Source: the human T2T-CHM13v2.0 reference genome, Homo sapiens
Assembly: GCF_009914755.1 (NCBI RefSeq)
Contig: NC_060927.1
Length of the DNA stretch: 64,000 bases
Reading direction: 5' to 3' (one strand)
Shown piece by piece: positions 1 through 12,559 of this stretch. The notes beneath the pieces were generated by a model. That model was not told where the DNA came from and ran no database searches. It was given only the letters and a program-made list of their open reading frames with translations. Each line of letters opens with the position of its first letter. Position 1 is the stretch's first letter. The position numbers and the translations under genes are program-made.

Positions 1-39
1 ATATGCAGTAATTGGGAATGCAGACATCATTTGATCATA

Positions 40-440
40 AAGATGTTCATCATGGTGTTCTCTTATTGTTAGCGGTGGTTTTTTTAAATCATGGCAACAA
101 TTTGGACACAATCTAAATGTCAAGTCCTAGGGGATTAGTTAAGTACATTACTGAGGAGTCATAGGATAGAATATTAGGCATCTATCAAAAAACATGTTTT
201 CAAGTAATTTTTATGACCTAGGAAAATATCTTAATAACCTCAAATAAAAAATGCAGAGTAGAGAACTGAAATGATATAGGGTCTCAATTCACACGATTCC
301 AACAAGAAAATTACTATGGTTATGGTATGCAAAACAAGATATAAGGGGAAAGATACAGTATTCCCCAAATGTCAATGTTGGTGGGGTTAGGATGTTTGAT
401 TCTTAAACAAAATGTCTTCATTTTCCTCATTTTCTATAGT
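40..440 (+). mobile_element. Old L1M (L1MC/L1ME-like) 3' fragment
   Basis: acaatctaaatgtcaagtcctagggattagttaagtacatta...ataggatagaatattaggcatctatcaaaa resembles the L1M ORF2-end/3'UTR block; highly diverged. Confidence 0.6.
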
Positions 441-1099
441 AAACGTGCATGGAAGAAACCATGTTAGTACGCACACAGGCACATGCATGCCGGAGGCCAG
501 TTGTGCATGCAGCAGGCTCTCTGTGTGCCAGTCTCTCTTCCACACCCATCTCTCAGCCTCCCCAACTGCCCCCTGGAGCTGGGATTCTGCGCAATAAGAC
601 CCCATCTGCCTGACTCCAGCAGGAGGCAAGACAGGGAGGTAGCACGCTGAGAACCCTCTCCCCATATCCACTTCTTTACCACCTTCAGCCTCCCCTACAA
701 ATGATGCCTGTGTGTCCCCCTCACCCACCTTAGCCGGACACCTCCTTCCCTTGGGCCCACCCTGCCCAGCCCCTCTGTCCAGGGTTACCTACTCAGAACA
801 AAGAAAGGGGCCTGTTCCCAGGACTTTGCCTGGTCCCGCCCCAGCTGCCAACCTCTCCACCCCGCTGGGGCCACTCAGCCCCTACATGGGGTGTGAAGGG
901 GCTGCACCTTGGACAGCTCCATTCCAGACCCTGACTTGGGCCTGCAGGAACTCCTCCCTTCTGAGGTCCCTACCTTCCTATGGCCTCTTCTTCTCAGAGC
1001 TATAAATTAGCCCCCAAAGTCCCACCACCATATATTCATCTTCCTCTGAGAGGCCACTAGCCTGTCAAATTGATGAGGTACAACCTATTGATCTTGCAG

Positions 1100-1212
1100 C
1101 CTCCACTTTACAATGGGGAGACTGAGGCTCTTAGAGGAAGACCTCGTATCTGAGAGCACACAGCTAACGGTGATGAAGCCAGGATTTGAGCCCAGGCGGT
1201 GGGTCTTCCAAA
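1100..1212 (-). mobile_element. MIR fragment
   Basis: ccactttacaatggggagactgaggct...gccaggatttgagcccagg = reverse MIR core. Confidence 0.75.
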
Positions 1213-1884
1213 GCCAATAGATTAATGCTGTCCCATCCTCCAGACCCTCCGCTGCCATCAGTGAGCACTGAGCATCTGCGCAATGTCCTCTCTGAGTCAA
1301 AAATAGACCCCAAGGCTCAGTTCTGCTGTGCCATCTGCCACACACCAACTCAGAGGCAAAAATGTTGACTTGCTGCAGAGACGAACACTCCAGCAGCCGG
1401 GAACTGAGCAGCGAGAGGCCCCTGTGCCCTCCGAGACTTTACTGGCTGGGGCAGGTCAATTGTATCGGTCTGGGGAGAGGAGAGCAGCTCGGGTCAAGGG
1501 CGGGGGCAAAGAGGCAGGCGGGTACAGCTCACAGTAGATGTAGGAAATAGCAGTGGGCTGGGACTCAGCGGCTCTGGTTGGGGCCCAGAACCGACTGCCA
1601 CTGAGGCTGTGTGGCCTCAGGCAAGTCCTCTCTCCTCTTTAGGTCTCAGTTTCCCTGCTACAAGGGGTTGGAACATGAGTCCTTTCGGGCCTGGTAAAGT
1701 CATATTCTATGGTAGTAAGACACAGGGGGCTGTCTTCACATTCCTGGCCCTTGAGGATTTGACCACACGCAACAGGGAGAAAGGATTCTTAGAGAGAGGA
1801 AGTCGCTGGCCCACGGTCACACCTTTCCTAACAACAGCAACAACAGTAACGACAATGGTCGTATCTCCCGCTCCATAAGACACA

Positions 1885-2010
1885 GTTGGCTTACATTTCC
1901 CAAAGCACTCTTATGCCCATTATTCCACTCACTGTACCCATTTCACAGATGAGAAAACAGGCCCAGAGAGGGAGAGAGAGTTGCCTAAAGCCACACAGCT
2001 GGTCCGTGTC
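1885..2010 (-). mobile_element. MIR fragment
   Basis: cccatttcacagatgagaaaacaggcccagagag...ttgcctaaagccacacagct. Confidence 0.75.
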
Positions 2011-2659
2011 AGGGAAGACAGATCCTTGTTCTCATGCATCTGTTCCATGAAAGTTCTGAATATTAGTCCTCAGGGAGGCTGCAGGCATGGACTTTCCAAG
2101 TCCCTGTCTAGGGAAACTGAAGTCCCTTGTAAGGCAAAATCATCTTATGCCAAAGTGGAAGGGAATCTCCCCAGGAAATTTCTCAGTTTAGACATTTGCT
2201 GAACATGTTTCCTATGCTACAAAAATACTCACTGGGCATCCCAGCTGGACCATTTTCCCAACACCCTCCACATGTGTGACACCCCTTTCCATGGCATTTG
2301 GGAGGAGCACTGGGCAAGGAGTCTGGGCACTGCCTCTGTCATTTCTTATTCATCTTCTGTCCACCTGGTGGGGTCACAAACATTGGAGGGCTGGTCAAGC
2401 TCATGGCTGTGTCCCAGCACCTGACACTCAGCAGGACCACATCACCGTTTGTAGACTGGTGATGAGGTTCTAAGGAGTAGAGCCCAAAGGCATCTGTTTG
2501 TATCACACAGAGAGTGCTAGGAAAAGCCCCTGAAGGCTGCCACTCATAAGGGGCTTAATCTGTGCCAAAGACCATTCTCCAAGCTATATAGAAACGAACC
2601 CACTTAATCGTCATAGCAACACTAAGAGCTGGTGCAGAGATGCTGTTATTTCCTTGTCC

Positions 2660-3118
2660 ACAATCCCACAGATCTAACCACCATGGGGCAAGCTGGTTTG
2701 ATACCACACACAGCATCTGCCTGAGCATGTTCTTTGGTGAGCACATGCAACTCACCAACCCCAGCAGCTCTCAGCCAATGATTGACGGGTGTTGGGAGTT
2801 GGTGTATAGATAGTGTATAGATATCCCAGCTCTGTTCCCTCTCAGCTAATGATTGATGGGTGTTGGCAGTTGGTGTATAGATAGTGTATAGCTATCCCAG
2901 CTCCCTTCCCTCTCAGCTGGGAAAACCATGAGCTGTGGGTTTTACACTAGCTCCCAGATCCAGGTGCCCACAGTGATAATTAACTTGCTTGATAACACCT
3001 TGTTCCCTTTCCTGTCTCACTTCCCTACTCCCCTACCAGCATTCCCACGCCTCACAAATAAACTACTTGCACTTGAATCGTCATCTTATGATCTGCTTCT
3101 GGAAGAACCCAGTCTAAG
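2660..3118 (+). mobile_element. LTR16-family (ERVL) solo LTR, apparently inserted in a MIR
   Basis: 3' end aataaactacttgcacttgaatc...tctgcttctggaagaacccagtctaag and internal cagccaatgattgac...gtgtata...cccagctccct match LTR16; MIR-like sequence on both sides; 5' boundary approximate. Confidence 0.7.
2768..2917. repeat. 71-bp tandem duplication (2 copies plus 8 bp) inside LTR16
   Basis: ctctcagc starts at 2768, 2839 and 2910; 6 mismatches in 71 between the two full copies. Confidence 0.95.
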
Positions 3119-3260
3119 GGAGGAAGGCACCAATATTATTCCCATTTTAGTGGGAAGAAAGCCAATGCTTAGAGTAGAGAAAATGACTTTCCCAGCGTAA
3201 CATGGAAAGCTCATATTTGAACCCAGGCTTGTTTAGCCTCAGAGGTTTTGTTTTAATCAT
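3119..3260 (-). mobile_element. MIR fragment
   Basis: tattattcccattttagtgggaagaaagccaatgcttagag...atttgaacccagg. Confidence 0.65.
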
Positions 3261-3404
3261 TACATATGCCAGGAAGATGGAACTAAGAGTGAGACTGAGC
3301 ATCTAATGAGATAAATGACCAGGTCCATTCATTTATTCAAAGACTTTTTATTGAAATCAATTGCCTGTCAAGCCCCAAACTAAGTGCTGAGGGTACACTG
3401 ATTA

Positions 3405-3840
3405 AATGCACTGGCTCTGGGATTGTGGGGATCAGGTTAAAACCATGTGCCAGCTGTGTGACATGGGTGAGTGACTCAACTTCTCCTATGAATCATGATT
3501 TGTTGTCTGTCAAATGGAGGTGCCTGAGCCATGTGGCTTCCTCCCCTGAGTTCTAGCATCACTAGGTAAGGTCAGATGCCCCTCCTCAGTGGCCCCCTTC
3601 CCTGTGCTGGCCTTTGTTCACCACCCTGTGCTGTACTGTTCACTTTTCTATCTTCCCTGGACTCTGAGAGCTCCCTGCAGGCAGAGTCTTTGTCACATCT
3701 GTCTCAGCACAGGGCTTGGCAGGGAGCACAGGGCAGGGGTTTGAGATGGTTGAGAAAAAGAAAGAAAATGTGCCTACCACACAGGTTCCTGGGAGAGCAA
3801 ACAAGCTCATGCATATAAATAAGTGCTCAATGTGTGTTAT
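3405..3840 (+). mobile_element. MIR split by an inverted local insertion (MIR parts ~3405-3525 and ~3770-3840)
   Basis: gctgtgtgacatgggtgagtgactcaac...tctgtcaaatggagg resumes as tgcctaccacacaggtt...aagtgctcaat after the insert. Confidence 0.65.
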
Positions 3841-4292
3841 CTGTAAGATGATGGCGACACTGGTGCTGAACATTGGAAAGTGAGAGGCAGCAGCAATACT
3901 AGCATGTCCTATCACTTAGGCCAGCCAGTGGTGAAATAAATCCGAATTGCAAAGAAGTTTAAAGTTTGCATTTTCCATACTTTTTATTCCTTTCTCTCTC
4001 CTTCCCTACCTCCCTCTCTCCTTTTCACTTCCTTTTCTGTTTTCTTTCTTTTTCTCAACCATCTCAAACCCCTGCCCTGTGCTCCCTGCCAGGCCCTGTG
4101 CTGGGACAGAAATGACAAAGACTCTGCCTGCAGGGAGCTCTCGGAGTCCAGGGAAGATAGAAAAGTGAAGAGTACAGCACAGGGTGGTGAACAATGGCCA
4201 GCACAGGGGAGGGGCCCACTGAGGGGCCCACTGAGGAGGGGCGTCTGACCTTACCTAGTGATGCTAGAACTCAGGGGAGCCACATGGCTCAG
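3524..4292. repeat. Inverted repeat: arms 3524-3768 and 4040-4292, spacer 271 bp
   Basis: Reverse complement of the left arm aligns to the right arm with ~10 substitutions, one 12-bp and one 4-bp indel. Confidence 0.97.
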
Positions 4293-6289
4293 AGAGGTTA
4301 AGTCACCTGCTTAAGGCCACATAGCAAGAAAATGGCCTGACTCCAAATCCTATATATTTCTCATATCTTGCTATGGGATCACATTCTGTCAACAGCCCAA
4401 AGAAGCAATAATGACAATGACTTGTATCACATGACAGGTCTTGGGAACTTAGCCCAAGGGAGTCTCTTGTGGCTGGCTAGCTACAGAGAATAGAGCCTCT
4501 GAAATTTCAACAGAAAAAGCAAGTGAAGATCTGAGACCAATATGAAAGCAATAAGTGTTTACTACAGAGGCTGATAAGACATATTAATTTTTTTTCTGAA
4601 ACCTAGAACGGAAGTAAATAGCAATAATGCAACAGAACAATTTCCTGAAGATCAGGACCATATTGGAATGTAGACAGAGTGTTTTACCTGGCCATGGAAT
4701 AGTATTGGTTTCTTTTTCTTCAGTCTCCTCAAGATGAACTTAACTATATAATAAATTTTGATTTTTCCCTTTTTTATTTAGCATAGAAATAAACTTGATC
4801 CTAATATTATAGACCAGTTTTTTTTACACCCCAGAAAGCACATTTTTTGTCTATGTGATAGTTTTTTAAAAAGGTCTAGTGCCCTCTGAAGTACAGCTGC
4901 ATCAAACATTTCTCCCTTCCAGCAGGACACATTCTCAATGCTCCAATGAAAGTCAACAGGAGTACAGGTTCTGATGCACAGAAATCCATTTCACGGGAAC
5001 CCTGTCAAGTCTTAATGTATCCCTCCAGGATCCCAGGCTGCCTGGGCACCAGCTTCACACACTCCTCTGATTATAGCAAGGATCAATGTCACCCCGGTCT
5101 ATGGAACGAGTTGCAGAAGAGTTTTAAATAGTAGGAAATCCATGCCGGGTGAGGTCATGGTGAAGGCGAAGGGGAAACATTCACAGTTGTTCTGGGAGAG
5201 ACAGAAGCTGTTATGCACGGTCGCCAAGGCCTGGCTGCAAAGTAAACCCTCCAATCAGGCAGGTTGCTGGCAGGATACGGCCCGGCCTGCTGTTCCTGTG
5301 GCTGAATGGTACAGTCTGGTTTTACCCAACTTGGATCAGGCAAGTTTGAGGCTCAGACAGCACTGAGGCAGGTGGGAATGTGTGTGGAGACCTTCTGCTC
5401 CCTCTACTCTCATTTAGGTCTCTTTCTGGCCTGGGCGAATGTTTTACGAAGGGGACTCCAGCCAGAGACAGCAGGGCATACCAAGTCGCTCAAATAACTA
5501 CACGTATTTTCTACTGCCCCCTTCTCCCAACACATAGCCTCCTGGAGCTCAGCTCCTATTCTTAAGGAGCTCATGGGACAGTTAGAGTACCTGATGGAGG
5601 AGTGATCAGTGAATTCAGTGGGGGAAAGATGAGAGACGCAGCCTGCAGTGAAGCAGGTAGTATGGCTTTAGGACCTGGCAAGGCAGTGGTGAATGGACGT
5701 GCCGATTATCAAGCCCACCATGGGCACAGATGGGGCCAAAGCGGCCAAGCTCAACGTCTCAGATGCGGATCTGTGATCACTGTCAGTGCTACTTGCAAGA
5801 TACAATCCCTGATGCAGTTCCTTCCTCTGTAACACCCCACTAACACGCATGCATATTCCACAGCCCTGCTTTGGCAATGCAAAGTTTTGTATAAAGAAAT
5901 ATTTTGCTGTAAACATATTTCTATTCTAGGCTAACTCAGATTTAGAGATAGATTTTTCTTTCCTTTTAAGAAATCAAGAGTTCAAACCTTCAGCCCGGCA
6001 ACTGTACACAATTGCTCACAATTATGTTTCATTCAAACAAGAACACAATGTATCAATCATATTTACCTGTTTTGGTCTGTCTCCAATTCCAAAAGCTACC
6101 TTGGTCTGCCAGTAAAGGGGAGTCACATCTGGGAATGTCCTGGCCATGTGACCCCAAGCATGTCTCACTTTCCCCATCTGTTGAAAAGGGGACTCTAGCT
6201 TCTTCCTGGGCTGTGGGAAGCAGGACATGAAGTCTAGGCTGGGCCAGCTCCCTAGGGCCCTCAGCAAATGGAAGTTGCGAACATTAACG

Positions 6290-6600
6290 CTGCTTTTGAA
6301 CAATGCCAAGGTTGCATAAGAAATGTAGCCATGCCTATCATGGGGCTGGGTTTGGGCTTTCTGTAACACTGATTCCGAACAATGTCAAAAGTTGCATAAG
6401 GAACCTCACTGTGCCTATCCTGGGGCCCAGTTTTGGCTTTCTAGAGCTCGCCTGTGGCAGCATTTCTGCAGCCGGAGAGGGAACACCCTTCCCACGGCCG
6501 CCGCCTCGGTGCCGGTTGGTGACTCATAGCACTGGCGAGGGGCGTGGGCGGGAAACCACATAGGCATCACCATGGCATCTGACAGATTTGCCCCTGTGGA
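6290..6600. promoter_or_regulatory. Candidate enhancer (SOX, C/EBP, AP-1, GC-box, E2F, RUNX motifs; local CpG retention)
   Basis: AACAAT x2, TTGCATAA x2, TGACTCA 6520-6526, ggggcgtgggcgggaaaccaca 6540-6560; motif evidence only. Confidence 0.4.
6298..6442. repeat. Diverged tandem duplication, period 79 bp (6298-6362 and 6377-6442)
   Basis: gaacaatgYcaa..gttgcataag....tgcctatc.tggggc...gttt.ggctttct present twice, ~77% identity by hand alignment. Confidence 0.85.
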
Positions 6601-6894
6601 GCTACTCTGTAAAGAAAAGGGGAAGAGGGGGCCCTTCTCCTCCTGCAAGGTGAGTGGGGCACAGAGGGAACAGCTTTCGTCAGCCGAACCCCCTTGCTGC
6701 AACGTGGCTGGAAGCCAACCTTAGAGAAGGTGGCAGCGTCCTGCCTTCCGCCCAAAGTGAGTGCTGGCCTGGCTCCTGGGGTGAGGGAAAAATCCCATCT
6801 TGTGGGTGCTGCCCTCCATAGCTCCCTCTCACACAAACACGTTCAAAGTCTTCTCACATACTTAACATCAGAAAGGCAATCCAGAACCTCCCAT

Positions 6895-7070
6895 TTGTGA
6901 GCAACAGCTATGTGCTGGGTTGGCTCCCCTCAGCACTGCTTTTATGTTATTTGCTTCCTTCCATCCTCAGGATGACTTGTTCTTATCTCCTCTTACAAAT
7001 GAAGAAACTGAGGCTAGAAGTTGCCCGAGGCCACAGTGCTGCCCTGAGGCAGAGCTGGGGTTCCAACCAA
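6895..7070 (-). mobile_element. MIR
   Basis: cttacaaatgaagaaactgaggctagaagttgcccgaggccacag. Confidence 0.75.
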
Positions 7071-8637
7071 GATGTGTTCCCTGTGCTCAAAAATGGGTCA
7101 GGAAATTTACAAATGGGTGTCTGTGGGCATGTGAGAAGCAGGTGAACTGGAGAACATCCAGGAAGTGCAACTGCTGAGGCCACAGACAGCTCAGGGCAGA
7201 AACACTCATTTTAGGCAGCTGTCACTTTCCAAAGGACTTTCTATGTGCTGTCTCATTTACTTTCCATAACAGTTCTATGAAGTGGGAGCTAACATCTCCA
7301 TTTCGAAGGCAAGGAGGCAGAGATTGAATTGCTCCTCAAGGGCATCCAACTGCTCTGTCCTCTATGGCCTCCAGCCTCCAGTTCCCCATCTGTGCAATGG
7401 GAATATATTAAAATCACACCTTCAGATGATGTCAGGGTTAAATGAGGGAACATAACAGAAATGCTTTAGAAACTGCAAAATGCCACCGGAATTCTATGGA
7501 GTATTATTATTTACTAAAATAGCTTAGTGAAGACAACACAAATAAGTCTGAGAATTGCAAGGTTCTAGATTCAGACCTAGATTTCTGCAGAGTGTTTAAG
7601 CGGTGTTCTTTCCCGGACTGGAAGCTCCTGAAAGCAGGGACCACGTCTGGTTTGCCTCAGTTTCCTCAGCGCCCTGTTCCATGCCTGACACAGAGAGGGA
7701 CCTTGAAAAAGCTAGGTGAAACTATTCAGGATTAATTCAGACTGGGAAAGAGGGTGGAGGGGAAGAACAATGGGATTGAGGGCTGGAAGTGGCCTTTTAG
7801 AGGTGGGTGACCAGAAGGTTGATGTTCCAACTCTTGAGAATGAAAACGCCTCTTTTAATAGTCTTGATAAAATGGAACTGTTCTGGGCCAGCAGGGACAT
7901 ACAGTCATACTACTTAAATATTTAGTACTTATTTAGTCTGATCCCCATGTTGTGGGGGAAACTGAGGCCCTCAGAGGATTGCAGAGCTGGGGGGGAAACC
8001 CAGGACTCCCTGCCCCTCCATAGGCCTGCTCTTGGAAGAGCCAGAGCAGCAGCTCGGAGTGGGTGGAGCTTGCTTTTAGTGCCTGCAGCTCTCTGGAAGG
8101 AACTGGGTGTTATCGAGATAATCCAAAGTTTCTGTTGGGTAAATATCAACACTTCTGGGCCCGTTACTAAGGGCCTGGGTGGTTGCTAAGCGGCCCTATG
8201 ACCTCATGAGGGGGCCATTGTTTAGCACTCAATAGGCATCCTTGAGTGACATCCCCCAGCTCCCAAATCCCAGGGGCCCCTGGGGTTTTGTGAAAAGAAG
8301 CAAGAGATTATAATGAGCAGGAGCGGTACACAGACCCACGTTTGTTTTCTGGGGGTCTAGTGGGGCGGGGGTGGGGGCTGCAGCTTTTCAGAACAAGGCA
8401 TAGGAAGGCATGAGGGCCCGGTGAGAGGCTGCCAGCTGCCATTGCTGGCAATAGAAATACCCCAGGAATAAAGAATTAACCCCATGTATGGCGCTTGACC
8501 CTTTGTAACCCACCTGAACACTCATCCTCTCACTTTGTTTTCAAAGCAGCCACACCATTTCACAGAAGAGAAAAAACTGGGTCCAAAAAGGGGAGACAGC
8601 TTGCCCAAGGCCTCTCAGAAATGTCTCAGTTTCCAGG

Positions 8638-9068
8638 TGTGGAAGGCAGAATAATGGCTGCACAAAGACACCCACATCCAAACCCCCAGAGCCTGTGAAT
8701 ATGTCAGCTTATGGCAAAGGGAAATGAGGGTGCAGATGGAGTGAAGGTGTCTCACCGCTGACTTTAAGACAGGGGAGATCACCCTGGATGATCTGGGTGG
8801 GCCAATGGAATACAAGGACCTTTAAAAGTGGAAAAGGGAGGCAGAAGATTCAGTGTCTGTGAATCAAGGAAATAGGCAGCCTCTAGAAGATGGAAAAGGC
8901 CCAGAGACAGATTCTTCTCCCCCGCAGCCTCCAGAAGGAATGTGGCTCTGCCTCGATTTCAGCCCGGTAGAGCTGTGTCAGACTTCTGACTACAGAACTG
9001 TCAGCTGATCAATTTTAAATCCCCTGGTCTATGGTTTTTTGTTACAGCAGCAATAGTAAGCTAATACA
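8638..9068 (+). mobile_element. MLT1D-like MaLR solo LTR
   Basis: Starts tgtggaaggcagaataatggc, contains cctgtgaatatgt, ends ttgttacagcagcaatagtaagctaataca (TG...CA). Confidence 0.85.
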
Positions 9069-9306
9069 CCACACTTAGAAATCTGCAATGCCTAAGCCAG
9101 AAGCAGGGCCTTGAAGATCACATTTAGCTTTTTGGAGTTCAGAAAACAGAAGGCCCAGGGGAATAAAATGATTTACTCAAGGTCCCAAAGCAAGTAACAC
9201 AAACAGTGACAGGCACCTCTGGGTGTGGGTCAGACCTTGTTGAGGCTACTGAGGCCACCTGCCAGGGAGTTGGAACTTCTAGGCCCCTTCCCTGCCATTC
9301 TCTGCC

Positions 9307-9399
9307 AGCTGGCCTGATCAGGACCCCAGACCCCAAACCTATCCCCTCTGAACCTTTCTTGGGCACAGGCAGGTCAGAGGCCCATTATGTGACAGGCAG
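9307..9399. repeat. Copy 1 of a ~90-bp local direct repeat (copy 2 at 10171-10570, split by an Alu)
   Basis: agctggcctgatYaggaccccaga...caggtcagaRgcccatt..tgacaggcag occurs at both sites. Confidence 0.85.
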
Positions 9400-10181
9400 G
9401 AGGGTACTCTCCTCCTTTTCGCCCCTGCCAAGCACAGGCAGCCCAAAGCCTATGGCCTCAGTGCCTTTCTTTGAAAATGGGAATAGCACCTTCCACATCA
9501 AACGGCAAGGATAAAATGTGAGCACACAGTAGGTGCTCAATGCCTGCTCTTAGATTTCTCTCAGCCAGGCCCAGGCCCTGCTCTGTGTTTCACAGCAACT
9601 GGCTGTTTCCTCTCAGCCTTCTTTGGAATCTGAGGGCTTCATTCCCAGAAGGGCATTATCTCTGCCCAGCACACAGGAGTACAATGATTGCCTGTTGAAT
9701 GGACCACAGGATTAACACCTATTATGCTTCTGTCTCCTCCCCTTCACCTAGAAAACTCCTATGTATCTGTCAAGGTCCAGAGCAAATGCTGCCTCCTCCG
9801 GGAAGCCTTCCCTGACCTCCCTGTGCAAGGTCACATTCATCTCTTTGTGCTGGGCTTCTGGCTTCCTTGTGGCACCTTGATGTTGGTGCTAAGGGCTCCA
9901 GCCATGGTGGCCAACACATCTGGGCTCCAATGCTCCAACACATCTCTGGCCCTGACAGAGTGATTCTTGACTAGTTATGCCTCTTCTCTGAGCTTTGTCT
10001 CTTCCCCTGTTGAATGGGAGGAATAGCAGCACCTCCATTGTGGGGCTGGTGGGGAGAAGCCCATAAGATGCTGTGTGGGAAGGGTTCCTTACAGGGTCCA
10101 GAGTGAGCATGCAGCAAAAGGCAGTGGCTGTTTTCACTAGAATGGCTGCTATCATCCCAGATGCCTGCATAGCTGGCCTGA

Positions 10182-10546
<365 letters not shown>

Positions 10547-10629
10547 AGAAGCCCATTTTATGACAGGCAGTGCTCACGGAAAACCCAGGTTCTCCAGGCC
10601 AGGGATATGTCTGATTTGTCTATGTGACT

Positions 10630-11020
10630 GCTCTCAAATTTTTACTGAGCACCTAGTAGGTATTAGGCTCTCCACTAGCACTGGGGGGACAAGGGTGAAC
10701 AAGGTCTCTGCTCCCTCGAGCTGTCTTTCTAGTGGTGGGGGAGACAAATGCTGAACAAACTAAACATTAAATAAAAATTGACTGTGTCAGGAGAGGATTG
10801 CCGTTGTGAAGCACAAGGCAGGGCGAGTGGCAAGTGACAGGAAGGGCTTCTGTCTTATAGAAGGGGGCAGGGAAAGCCTCTCTGAGGACGCGGCCTTAAG
10901 CACAGACTAGAGTGAGCAGCACAGATGTTTGGAGAAGAAGGCTCCTAAGGGAGGAGAAGAGCAAGGGCGAAACCCCTGAAGGTGGGGTGTGCCTGGCGTG
11001 TTTGAGAAACTGCAAGGACA
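10630..11020 (-). mobile_element. L2 3' region
   Basis: tttactgagcacctag...gtgaacaaggtctctgctccctcgagctg...gggaaagcctctctgagg...tgcctggcgtgtttgagaaactgcaagg. Confidence 0.8.
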
Positions 11021-11129
11021 CCACATAGTGTGTGCTCAGAGAACAGATGCAGAACTGAAATGTTATTCTGTCATTTATATTGTTTTATTAAACTTTAATT
11101 ACTCCTATTTATGTATTCTTTCTTATTTT

Positions 11130-11345
11130 ATTAATAACAAACTCATATTCATTGAGCCTCTTTCACATATCTTGTCACTGAATTCTTACAGCAACCCTCT
11201 GGGGTGGGTACAATTGTCCCTATTTTGCAAGTGTGCAAAAGTGAGGCTCAGAGAGGTGAAGTGCTTTGCCCAAGGTCACATAGCTGGTAGGCAGCTAAGT
11301 CAGGATTTGAATCTCAGACTAGGCTATATTTCAGTTCATGCTTTT
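11130..11345 (-). mobile_element. MIR
   Basis: gtgaggctcagagaggtgaagtgctttgcccaaggtcacatagct...caggatttgaatc. Confidence 0.85.
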
Positions 11346-12559
11346 TTTCTTTCTCTCCAGACACCAGGCTGTGATGGTGGTGAAGCCCCCAGACTGTCCT
11401 GCCATGAGTCACTCTGAGTCCCGAGAAGTGGTTCCCTTCTCCCTCTCCTGGCTAGGTGTTTCTAATTGGCATCTCTGGCCTCCCAGCCTTGGTCTCTGCT
11501 CTGAGATGCAGAGGTAAATATGCAGCTTGGGCCCTGGGTGGCCACTGCGTTCTGGAAGGCACAGTTCCAGGGGCCCAGAAATGTCACCCACTGAGGAGAT
11601 AAATGAAGATGCCAGAGAGTAGGCAGACGCTTGGGAAGTGTGAACTTTTGAGGACTTATAAAAAGTTCATCAGAAAAGTCAAGCTGCCGATGCTTTGCCA
11701 GATGGGCTTGGGTCTCTCACCGCCTTTGCGGCATCTGGGCTGCCTGGACGAAGCTAGATTCCCAGGGAGTTTGTGCCCCTGCTGCAGCATGATGGAAGGA
11801 GGCAGGAGAGCCTTCTGGTAGGAAAGCCGATGCAGGAAAGGTGGACAGAGCTCCTGGAGAGGTCTGGCTGGAGTGAGACCCAGGAGCTGGGGTTCCTAGA
11901 GGAGCAGGCACTGGAGCTGGCCTCTTGGGAACAGAGGAGAAACGGACTGGGCATTTAGGCAGGGACTGCAGGGCACAGTCACTGAGGGCTGAGTTCAGGG
12001 AAGGAAGAATGGTCTGAAGTGACTGGAGTGGGGCCTGTGTACCAGAGGGTACATTCTACACCATTATTCTGTTTTTATCTTTCACCCACTGTCATTTATC
12101 TCAGTACCTGGCAGGCATGGGTTTGAACTCCAGTCCGTGTGAGCCTGCAGTCCATGCTGTTGCTATACCATCCTGCTAAGAACAGGAAGGTGAGTCATCA
12201 TGGTGGCAAGGACCAAGCTTATAGGGGAGGAGGGCAAACTCGAAGATCAAGTGGTGTGGCCAGGCATGCCTCCAGTGTGGGGATGCATCTTGGTCAGAGA
12301 TGGTAGCATGAAGGCCCCTGGCCAGGCAGTGATACAGGGACATAATGTAGAAATAAGGCAAGACAAGGAAGGAGACGACAGGTCATCAGTAAGCTCCCAA
12401 GCAGACTGAAGTGTGCTTCTGGCATGTCCTCAGAACTTATTCTCCATATAGATGCCAGTGGGGCCTCTGCTGGCATTTACCTCCTTCTTTGGGTCAGAGC
12501 AGCTAGAACTGCCTTTGGGGAAATGCTCAACCCCCCAGCACCCGCACTCTCAGACTGTG

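Noticed and set aside
3750-3775. A-rich end plus 6-bp flanking repeat suggesting L1-mediated retroposition of the inverted copy
   Set aside because: The A-rich end is templated in the donor arm (4040-4054), there is no L1 endonuclease-type site, and the donor is adjacent; DNA template switching is simpler
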